Below, one piece after another: positions 1 to 7,539 of a stretch of 64,000 nucleotides of DNA. Each line of letters begins with the position of its first letter. Within the stretch, counting starts at the first letter, position 1. The notes beneath the pieces were generated by a model. It was not told the origin of the DNA and did no database searches. It worked only from the letters and a program-made list of their open reading frames with translations. A program made the position numbers and the translations under genes. The DNA is from Myxococcota bacterium (GTDB lineage Bacteria; Myxococcota_A; UBA9160; PR03), in the NCBI GenBank assembly GCA_041611735.1, contig JBFIML010000012.1:1-64000 (forward strand), given 5' to 3'.

Positions 1-2561
1 TCGCTCAGCGTGAACGTGAACCCGTCCGAGGGGGTCTCGCCGCCATCGTGCGTGTAGGTCAGGAGGCCGCCGTCCACGTCCGCCTGGGTGAAGCTGTCGC
101 TCACGCCGAGGGCCACGGCGTTGCGGTAGAGCGTCCCGTTCGTGGGGACGGCCGTCACCGTGTACGTGAGCTCCGCGGCGGGGTTGTCGACGTCGGTGGT
201 CTCGAGCAGCGCCGTCGTGATCGTCCCCGAGGCGCCCTCGTCGAGCGTGAGCCCGGCGTTCGTGGCCAGCACCGGGGCGTCGTTCACCGGGCTCACGTTC
301 ACGAAGCTCGAGGCCAGGTTGCTGTTGTTCGAGCCGTCGGAGGCGGCGAAGGTGATGACCCGGGTCGTCGGATCCGGATCCTGGGAGCTGTTGTCGTAGG
401 TGATCGTCCTCAGGACCTGCTGGTAGCGGGCGACCGTGTCGGACCCGGTCAGCGACAAGACGCCCGTACCGCTGTCGTAATTGGCGACGATGCTGGTCCC
501 GCTGGTGTTGGCGGCGAGCACCTCGGCGGCGCCGTCGATCCGGTTCGTGATGGTGACGGTGAGCGACTGGAGGTTCGCGCTGTCCGGGTCGGTCAGTGTG
601 GCATCCGCGTCGACGATGACGATCGGGCCGGCCCCCTCCGTGAAGGAGATCTCGAATTCCGCCCCGGTGCGGCCGCTACTGTCGTCCGCGTCCAGATCCA
701 GGACCGGGGCGACCGGGGCGGGCGGCGTGTAGACGATCTCCAGGACCGGCTTGATGGCGCCTTCCCGGCTGTCGTACGTGACGGTCCGGTTGCCTCCCCC
801 ATCCGGGCTGGCCACCATCACGCCGTTGTTCGGCTGGGTCCCCGCCAGCCAGGCCTGGGCGAGGGATGTGACGTCCCAGACGTGCTGCCCCGTCGCGGCG
901 GTCGAGATCGAGTCGAGTGCCGTGGGGTTGAAGACACCGCCCGCCGTGGACCAGTTCGTGCCCGTCGAGCGCTGGTTCCAGGTCGTCGAGCCTTCCGCCC
1001 ACGACTCCAGCACCTGGTGGACGTTGATGTTGAGCAATCCGCCGATCGCGGTGGCCTGGAGCTTCAGGGTCGCACTCTGGATGGTCGAGCCCGCGGGGAT
1101 CGAGCTCAGGTCGAACTGCACCAGGGCCCGCTGGAGATCGGTGGATTCCCGATCGACGACCATCGAGCCCAGGGTCCCCGCGTTCGTGTTCGGATTCTTG
1201 AGCTGCAGGTAGGCGTCCTGGACGGGAGAGAGCGAAGCGGCCTGGGCCGAGTGGGTGTCTGCCTGGATCGAGACGGCCGCCACCGACCACTTCTCGTTGT
1301 TGACCGTCCACGAGGTGGTGACGGAAGCGGCTCCCGCCTCGACCGTGCCACTGCCGTTCGCGTTGTCGACGGCGATGTCCCAGTACTCGGTCTGGCCCGC
1401 CCCCGGCGTGGCGGAGGCTCCCTTGTGAGAGGCCACGACACCGAATACGAGATCGTCCACCGCAGAGCCAAGGTCCGTGGAAGCCGTTGCCGAGGTGTCG
1501 GACGCGCTCGCGAAGGCCAACGTGGGCGTCGACTGGTTCACCCCCGTGAATGTCATCACGCCGACGGCCACGCCCTGGTGGCCGGTCCCGGTCAGGTTCA
1601 CGACCACGCTGTGGGTTCCCGTGGCGGGAGCCACCAGCGCCCAGATCTCCACCCGGGCCTTGCCGGCGGGGTTCTGCTCGAAGCCGACGCGGGTCAGGTT
1701 GGTGCCGTTGTAGGTGACGGAGGTGACGCTCGTTCCCTCGGGCTGCATGGAGACGCCGACGAGCATGAGGCGATTCGTCCCCGAGGTGGTGTGGGACACG
1801 GTGACGCTGGCCTGGTTCGCCGTGGAGCCGCTGGAGCTCGCATCGACGGCGACCGCCAGGACCGAGCGCCAGCTCCCCTGCACCTGCGCGCCGAAGGCCA
1901 GCTCCGATTCGAGGGCACCGGTCGAGTACTCGAGCTCCCAGTCGCCGCCGAGCAGGGTGCTGCCCGTCAGGTCGGTGCTGGCCGCCACGTCCGCGCCCGT
2001 GAGCTTGGCCAGGGACTCGACGAAGGCGGCCCCCTCGGCGCTGCCCGCCAGGTCGCAGCCGTAGAAGAGCAGGTCGGCCTCGGCGGTGAGGGCGTCCCCC
2101 CAGCTGGCCAGGGTGCTGGCGTAGCGGTCCAGCGTCTCGGCCGAGAGCCAGCTGCTCCCGAGGCGGACAGCGCCCTGGGTACCATGGGAGACGACGTGGA
2201 TCGCATCCAGGTTCTCGCGATCGGCGAGGATCTCGGTGATCTGCTGGAGGCCATCGCGCTCCGTGTCGAGCAGCACCACGTCGAGGGTGCGCTCGGCGCT
2301 GGAGCGCAGGTCGGTCACCAGCGCCTGCCAGTCGTCGACGCCGGTGTCCACGAAGACGATCTCGCGGCGCACCACCGCCGCGGCGTCGGTGGCTCGCGCG
2401 GCGGGCTCGACGAGCTGCTCTTGGGCTGCGGGCGTCTGGGACGGGCTGGCCAGGGAGGGGTCGAGCAGCGGCGCCAGGCCGTCTGCGGACAGCAGGAGGC
2501 GCGGCTCCAGCTCTTCGATGAGCGGGCGGTCGACCTCGCTCGCGAGGTGCTTCTTGCCCAT
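1..2561 (-). CDS. Giant secreted adhesin-like protein (partial, runs off left edge): LEPR-XLL motif, DUF4347, DNRLRE/CBM96-like domain, cadherin/CSPG-like repeats
   Basis: Not in the ORF track (no stop in window). Manual translation from ATG 2561 with GGAG upstream: MGKKHLASEVDRPLIEELEPRLLLSADG..., then REIVFVDTGV/IHVVSHG/LLFYGCDLA/DVAASTDLTG/GGDWELEY (DUF4347), QDAYLQ...RALVQFDLSSIP...DSREG..PVLEIVY, then VNDAPVL...TDVDN...LTYTV...FTQADVDGG. Confidence 0.88.
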   Translation of the reverse strand, partial: MGKKHLASEVDRPLIEELEPRLLLSADGLAPLLDPSLASPSQTPAAQEQLVEPAARATDAAAVVRREIVFVDTGVDDWQALVTDLRSSAERTLDVVLLDTERDGLQQITEILADRENLDAIHVVSHGTQGAVRLGSSWLSAETLDRYASTLASWGDALTAEADLLFYGCDLAGSAEGAAFVESLAKLTGADVAASTDLTGSTLLGGDWELEYSTGALESELAFGAQVQGSWRSVLAVAVDASSSGSTANQASVTVSHTTSGTNRLMLVGVSMQPEGTSVTSVTYNGTNLTRVGFEQNPAGKARVEIWALVAPATGTHSVVVNLTGTGHQGVAVGVMTFTGVNQSTPTLAFASASDTSATASTDLGSAVDDLVFGVVASHKGASATPGAGQTEYWDIAVDNANGSGTVEAGAASVTTSWTVNNEKWSVAAVSIQADTHSAQAASLSPVQDAYLQLKNPNTNAGTLGSMVVDRESTDLQRALVQFDLSSIPAGSTIQSATLKLQATAIGGLLNINVHQVLESWAEGSTTWNQRSTGTNWSTAGGVFNPTALDSISTAATGQHVWDVTSLAQAWLAGTQPNNGVMVASPDGGGNRTVTYDSREGAIKPVLEIVYTPPAPVAPVLDLDADDSSGRTGAEFEISFTEGAGPIVIVDADATLTDPDSANLQSLTVTITNRIDGAAEVLAANTSGTSIVANYDSGTGVLSLTGSDTVARYQQVLRTITYDNSSQDPDPTTRVITFAASDGSNNSNLASSFVNVSPVNDAPVLATNAGLTLDEGASGTITTALLETTDVDNPAAELTYTVTAVPTNGTLYRNAVALGVSDSFTQADVDGGLLTYTHDGGETPSDGFTFTLS

Positions 2562-2603
2562 GACTTTGGGGCTCCACCGAGACCGGTGTAATCCAGGAGA
2601 CTG

Positions 2604-2632
2604 GAATCGGACGGACGGCGGCCCGGATGTAG
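2604..2632 (-). promoter_or_regulatory. Putative sigma28-like promoter for the adhesin (TACA-N16-TCCGATTC)
   Basis: Same spacing and CCGAT core as the sites upstream of neighbouring genes; the -35 is weaker. Confidence 0.35.
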
Positions 2633-2640
2633 CGATTTAG

Positions 2641-2970
2641 CTACGCGAAAGCCTTCTCCCCCCGAGGGGGCTTCCCACTAGCCGGGGCCAGCGCCGGGGC
2701 CTTTTCCCCTGGGGAGAGGCCCGAAAGGCCACTAGCCGCCGGGATGGGGCCGAGGCGTGCCTCGTAGCGACTCACCGCGTCCGCCAGCACCTTCAGCATG
2801 GACTTCGCGTGGGCCGGGGTCGTGACCAGGGAGGCCACCAGGTGGGCGCCCCCCACGTCCTCCTGGGTGAGCTGGCCGAAGGTCAGGAAGAACTCGGAGC
2901 GCTGCGGTCCCACACGCAGGAAGTTCACGTAGAGGGCGGGCGGCAGGGTTCCGGGCGTCGGGGCGTCCAT
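2641..2970 (-). CDS. DUF3467-like small protein
   Basis: ATG 2970 with AGGAGGAG RBS; LYVNFLRV...EFFLTFGQ...LVTTPAHAKSMLKVLADAVSRYEARLGPI fits the DUF3467 pattern. Confidence 0.75.
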   Translation of the reverse strand: MDAPTPGTLPPALYVNFLRVGPQRSEFFLTFGQLTQEDVGGAHLVASLVTTPAHAKSMLKVLADAVSRYEARLGPIPAASGLSGLSPGEKAPALAPASGKPPRGEKAFA

Positions 2971-3007
2971 GGGCTCCTCCTGGCGGGCGGCCGGGCCGCC
3001 TGCCGCG

Positions 3008-3035
3008 TCATCGGTGGCGGCGGGTCGGGCCTTGA
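3008..3035 (-). promoter_or_regulatory. Putative sigma28-like promoter (TCAAG-N15-ACCGATGA)
   Basis: Lies 37 nt upstream of the DUF3467 ATG and overlaps the end of the DGC gene. Confidence 0.5.
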
Positions 3036-4555
3036 ACCCGTCCGGGGGCCGGACTCGCGCCCGGCGAGTGGCGTCCCAGCGCATCCCAGCGGGTCACCCG
3101 GTTGCGGCCCGCTTCCTTGGAGGCATACAGGGCTTCGTCCGCCTGGTTGATCAGCTCCAGGGCCTTGCTGGCGCCGAATGACATGGACGAGACTCCGAAG
3201 CTGGCCGTGACCGGGACCCGGGCGAAGCCCGGCGACGCGATCTTGCGGCGTATCCGCTCCGCCACGTTGACTGCCACCTCCACGGTCGCATCCGGAAGCA
3301 CGATGCAGAACTCCTCGCCGCCGTAGCGGCAGACTGCGTCCGTGGAGCGGACCTCCTGCGACAGCGCCTCCGACACGCCGCGGATCACCTCGTCTCCCAT
3401 CAGGTGCCCGTGGTCGTCGTTCACGCGCTTGAAATGGTCGATGTCCACCATCACCGCACACAGACGGCGGCCTTCCTGCTTGGCAGAGGTGAAATAGGTT
3501 TCGAAGCGCTCCAGGAAGGCCCGCCGGTTGGCCACTCCCGTCAGCGGGTCCGAACGGGCCAGGATCGTCAGCTCCTCGTTCTGGAGCCGGATCTCCTCCT
3601 GGGATTTCTCGAGCCGGCCATTCGCCTCTTCGAGTTCGGCGTGCTTGCGCTCGAGCTCGGTCACGTCGTCGAAGGTGGCAATGGCACCCTTGGCGCGCCC
3701 GAACCCGTCCAGGACGGGCGCTCCCTTGATCACGAAGGAGCGCAGCTCGCCGTCCGCGGTGCGCAGGTGCAGGCGACCCGCATGGGTCTGGGACTGGCGG
3801 ATGGCCTCGAGCCATGGGTAGCTGCGGGGCGCTTCGTCGGAGCGCGGCACGCGCCAGTCCAGACTCGAGGCCTTGCGCCCCATCAAGGCGGCCCGGGGCT
3901 GTCCGCTGCGCTCGGCGAAGGTCTCGTTGGCGAGCACCACCCGCCCCCGGTCGTCCAGGAGCAGCACGCCTTCCGCCATCACGTCCAGGGTCGTCTGCAC
4001 GCGGGAGGGGATCACCGAAGACGGGTCCAGATGTCGCAGCGAACGCCGCAAGTAGAGCCCGTACGACAAGAAGCCCGCCGCGGCCATCAACACCAGCAGC
4101 CGCACCATGGGGCGGCTCCACAGCGCCTCGATCAGGCTTCCTGGACCCAGCTGCTGGAAGCGGACCTCGAGCGTCGCCCAGGGTCCCCCGGAGCGGAACA
4201 GCGGAATGCGGGCGTGGGTGGACGTGCTGCCCGTCTCGGTCTCGGACTCCCACAGGGCCGCGTGGTCACCGGCCACCACCAGCAGGCGCCCGTCCGCGGC
4301 GCGCAGGGCAGCGGAAAGCACCTCCTCGTTGCGGCGCACGGCGACCTGGAGCGCCGCCCGCACCGAGGCGAAGTCGCTGCGCTCCGCCGCGATGGCGGCC
4401 TGGGCGGCGAGCTGCTCACAGAGGCGGATACGCGATTCGAGTCGTATGTCCGCGGGAGTGGGCATGAGACCCGCGAGATCCAGGACGATCAGCAGGGAGC
4501 AGGTGAGGATCACCAGGCCCCAGCTGAGGCGGATCACCGGGGAGAGCGTGTTCAC
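3008..4555 (-). CDS. Membrane-bound PAS-GGDEF diguanylate cyclase
   Basis: Two TM segments around a periplasmic domain, PAS, coiled coil, DPLTG..NRR, VMVDIDHFKRVND, RSTD I-site, RYGGEEF. Start set at GTG 4555. Confidence 0.9.
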   Translation of the reverse strand: MNTLSPVIRLSWGLVILTCSLLIVLDLAGLMPTPADIRLESRIRLCEQLAAQAAIAAERSDFASVRAALQVAVRRNEEVLSAALRAADGRLLVVAGDHAALWESETETGSTSTHARIPLFRSGGPWATLEVRFQQLGPGSLIEALWSRPMVRLLVLMAAAGFLSYGLYLRRSLRHLDPSSVIPSRVQTTLDVMAEGVLLLDDRGRVVLANETFAERSGQPRAALMGRKASSLDWRVPRSDEAPRSYPWLEAIRQSQTHAGRLHLRTADGELRSFVIKGAPVLDGFGRAKGAIATFDDVTELERKHAELEEANGRLEKSQEEIRLQNEELTILARSDPLTGVANRRAFLERFETYFTSAKQEGRRLCAVMVDIDHFKRVNDDHGHLMGDEVIRGVSEALSQEVRSTDAVCRYGGEEFCIVLPDATVEVAVNVAERIRRKIASPGFARVPVTASFGVSSMSFGASKALELINQADEALYASKEAGRNRVTRWDALGRHSPGASPAPGRVQGPTRRHR

Positions 4556-4565
4556 GGCCGCAGGG

Positions 4566-5579
4566 TCACTCTTCGAGGAAGCGAACCTGGCAGTGCAGGC
4601 CGCTTGGAATCGCGTGGTCCGGGTTGGGCAAGAGGAGCCGGACGCCAAAGGTTCCGCTGGCGGCGTCCACGACCCGATCCACGATGGCCACCTGGGCCAC
4701 GTGGACGCGGTCGCCGGGCTGCTCGGGGACCACCGCCGCCCGCATGCCCGTCCGGACCGAGCCGAAGCGGGCCGAGGGGAGGATCACCTCCACCCGCAGC
4801 GGATCGATCTCGGCCACGGTGAGGATGGTGTCCTGATCCACCATTTCGCCGACGGAGCGCCGGCGCTCCACGACCACCCCCGAGATGGGGCTGTGGATCC
4901 GGCGGCGCTCGAGGGTGGCGATGGCCCGCTCCAGCTCCAACTGCGCCAGGCGCTGCTTCTCGTGAGCCTGACGCAGCTCCAGGGCAGCCAACGCCGACTC
5001 GGTCTCGATCTCGTCACGGAGGTCGAGCGAGAGCGCCTCCCGCTCGAAGAGCAGCTCGGCACGTGCCTGCTTGCGCTCGCCCAGGGCGAGCCGCGCCTGC
5101 CGCGAGCGCACCTCCCCCTCCATCTTCGCCGCGGCGCGCGCCAGCTCCACCTGGGCCCGCTCCACGGCGGATTCGAGCTCCGCCACCGGCTGGCCGGCAT
5201 CGACCAGGTCGCCGCGCTCCACGTGGACCTGTTCGAGGACACCACGGACCGGGCTTCCGATCTCGACCAGCTCGTGGGGCTCGATCACGCAGTCCAGACT
5301 CTCGGAGCCGCTCTCCTGTGCCGCAGCGAGGTCGGGACCCTCCCCAGGCAGCGCATGCGCACGGGAGAGAGCCTGGGTCGCGGGGCGGGACGGTCCCGGA
5401 AGCGTCTCGGAGCGAGCAGGCACGGCGCCGCGGCCGCTCCCCTCCCCCTCTCGCACCGCCGTACAGCGCGGGCTCACGAGCAGGACGAGGGTGGCCACCA
5501 CGCCGGCGGCAGGCACGAGCCAGCGGCGCGCTCCACCCAGGCGCCCTCGGACCGACACGTTCCGGCTCCCACCTCCCAC
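4566..5579 (-). CDS. Efflux/T1SS-type periplasmic adaptor (membrane fusion protein)
   Basis: N-terminal TM; lipoyl halves IGSPVRGVLEQVHVERGDLV and IHSPISGVV; alpha hairpin; VDRVVDAASGTFGVRL. Start uncertain. Confidence 0.88.
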   Translation of the reverse strand: MGGGSRNVSVRGRLGGARRWLVPAAGVVATLVLLVSPRCTAVREGEGSGRGAVPARSETLPGPSRPATQALSRAHALPGEGPDLAAAQESGSESLDCVIEPHELVEIGSPVRGVLEQVHVERGDLVDAGQPVAELESAVERAQVELARAAAKMEGEVRSRQARLALGERKQARAELLFEREALSLDLRDEIETESALAALELRQAHEKQRLAQLELERAIATLERRRIHSPISGVVVERRRSVGEMVDQDTILTVAEIDPLRVEVILPSARFGSVRTGMRAAVVPEQPGDRVHVAQVAIVDRVVDAASGTFGVRLLLPNPDHAIPSGLHCQVRFLEE

Positions 5580-5589
5580 CGGCTCGTCC

Positions 5590-7539
5590 CTATTCTCCCG
5601 GGCCGGCGAAGGCGAGGACATCGCTCATGTATTCCTCGAGCTCCATGAGCGCACGGCGCATCCGCGAGTGTCGTTTCTCTTCGGCCCGTTGGGGCAGGAA
5701 CGTAAGGGCTCCGCCAAGGCCAGGACCCAGGGGATGGCCGAGCCGAGCCAGGAGGGGCCGCGCCCACGCGGCGTAGAACGCCTCCATCGGCTGGTCCTCC
5801 AGGGAAAAGATGGACTCGTAGCTCCCAGGATCCCCCTGGCGCCCGCAGCGTCCGAAGAGCTGCCGGTCGATGCGACGGGCCTCGCTGCGCTGGGTGGCAA
5901 TCACGTGCAAGCCCCCGCACGCGGCCACGCCCGCGGCCAGGCGGATGTCGGTGCCGCGCCCCGCCATGTGGGTGGCGACCGTGATGCGGCCTGGCTCGCC
6001 CGCTTCCGCCACGATGCGCGCCTCCTCCGCGTCCTGGCGCGCGTTCAGCACCTGGTGTGGAAGCCGCCGCTCGCTGAGTCGGCGGCTCAGCTGCTCGGAG
6101 GCCGCCACCGAGGCGGTGCCCACCAGCACCGGACGCGCGGCGCGATGGAGCTGGCCCACGCGCGCCACCACCGCTTCCCACTTTGCGGATTCCGTCGCGA
6201 AGACGCGCAGGCCGAGGTTGCGGCGCCGCAGCGGGAGCCGGGTCGGGATGCGGCGGGTGTTCAGGCGGTAGACGGACCAGAGCTCCCGGGCCACCTCCCG
6301 GGCGGTCCCCGTCATCCCCGCGAGGCGCAGGTAGCGCCGGAAGAGCTGCTGGTAGCTGATGCGCGCAATCGTCTCGCGCTGAGGGGTGGGCTCGCAGCCC
6401 TCCTTCACCTCGATGAGCTGGTGCAGGCCGCCCTCCCAGGCCCGGTCCGGGGCGAGCCGTCCCGTGGGTTGGTCGATGATCTGGACCTTGCCGTCGCGCA
6501 CCAGATAGTGCCGATCGCGCTGGAAGAGATGCAGGGCGGAGAGGGCCTGACGCGCCCACTCCTCGCGCCGGCGCGGGCCCGTCCAGGTCCCACCCAGGGG
6601 CTCCGCCAGCTCTGCGAGACGCTCCCGCCCGCGGGTCGTGAGCGCGGCGCCAGCCTCGTGGGGGTCGAGGCGGAAGTCGGCCCCCTCCTCCAGGGAGCGC
6701 GCCAGTCGCAACGCCTGCCGGTAGGTGCGGCGCTGCTCGGGGGAGCCGCCTGCCGCCGCCAGGATCAGGGGCGTGCGGGCTTCGTCGATCAGGACGCTGT
6801 CCGCCTCGTCCACGATGGCGAAGCACAGGCCGCGCAGGAGGAGGGGCTCGTCCCGAGTTTGGCCTCCCCCACGCCGCCCCCGGGCCAGACCGTCGCGCAG
6901 GTAGTCGAAGCCGAGCTGCTTGGCGGTCACGTAGGTGACGTCGCATGCGTAGGCGGCCCGGCGGGCGCCGGCGTCCCGCTGCCCCTCGGTCGCAGCCCCC
7001 ACCGAGAGGCCGAGCGCCGTGTAGAGCGGCCCCATGGCTTCCGCGTCCCGTTGCACCAGATAGTCGTTCACCGAGATGACGTGGACGGGAATTCCCGCCA
7101 GGGCGGCCGTGGCCGCCGGAAGCGTGGCCGTCAGCGTCTTTCCCTCGCCGGTCTCCATCTCGGCGAGCATCCCCCGGGCCAGGACCCAGCCGCCCATGAG
7201 CTGCACGTCGTAATGACCCATGCCGAGGGTTCGCTGGGCAATCTCCCGGATCAGGGCAAAGGCGCGAGCCAGCAGCGGCTCCTCGAGTCCCTGGAGCACG
7301 AGGTGGCGCTGGAGCCCGCGCACCTGACGTTCGAGACCCGCATCGGACTCCAGCCGGAGCGCGCCGGTCTGGGCGCGGACTGCGCGCACGAAGGCTTCGA
7401 GCCGCGCCGCTTCCGATCGTGCGCGCAGGAACGGCCCGCGCAGGGCGTGCACGGCGCGCTCGCCCCACTTCTCCCGGGCCGGGTCGCGCTCCGGGTAGGC
7501 GCCGCGCGCCACCCCCGGCCGCAGCGCCGCGCTAGACAC
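5590..7539 (-). CDS. Accessory, C-terminally truncated SecA-like ATPase (SecA_DEAD + PPXD + NBD2)
   Basis: [72 protein letters not shown]. 649 aa, no wing/two-helix-finger/SEC-C region. Confidence 0.93.
   Translation of the reverse strand: MSSAALRPGVARGAYPERDPAREKWGERAVHALRGPFLRARSEAARLEAFVRAVRAQTGALRLESDAGLERQVRGLQRHLVLQGLEEPLLARAFALIREIAQRTLGMGHYDVQLMGGWVLARGMLAEMETGEGKTLTATLPAATAALAGIPVHVISVNDYLVQRDAEAMGPLYTALGLSVGAATEGQRDAGARRAAYACDVTYVTAKQLGFDYLRDGLARGRRGGGQTRDEPLLLRGLCFAIVDEADSVLIDEARTPLILAAAGGSPEQRRTYRQALRLARSLEEGADFRLDPHEAGAALTTRGRERLAELAEPLGGTWTGPRRREEWARQALSALHLFQRDRHYLVRDGKVQIIDQPTGRLAPDRAWEGGLHQLIEVKEGCEPTPQRETIARISYQQLFRRYLRLAGMTGTAREVARELWSVYRLNTRRIPTRLPLRRRNLGLRVFATESAKWEAVVARVGQLHRAARPVLVGTASVAASEQLSRRLSERRLPHQVLNARQDAEEARIVAEAGEPGRITVATHMAGRGTDIRLAAGVAACGGLHVIATQRSEARRIDRQLFGRCGRQGDPGSYESIFSLEDQPMEAFYAAWARPLLARLGHPLGPGLGGALTFLPQRAEEKRHSRMRRALMELEEYMSDVLAFAGPGE

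Noticed and set aside
48-2591. 847-aa plus-strand ORF and 633-aa minus-strand ORF (676..2577)
   Set aside because: Antisense and off-frame shadows of the adhesin; Arg/Gly-rich with no motifs.
5590-7539. Short SecA as a pseudogene of secA
   Set aside because: Clean ORF with intact catalytic motifs, clearly diverged from the canonical copy, coupled to its neighbours, no downstream remnant.
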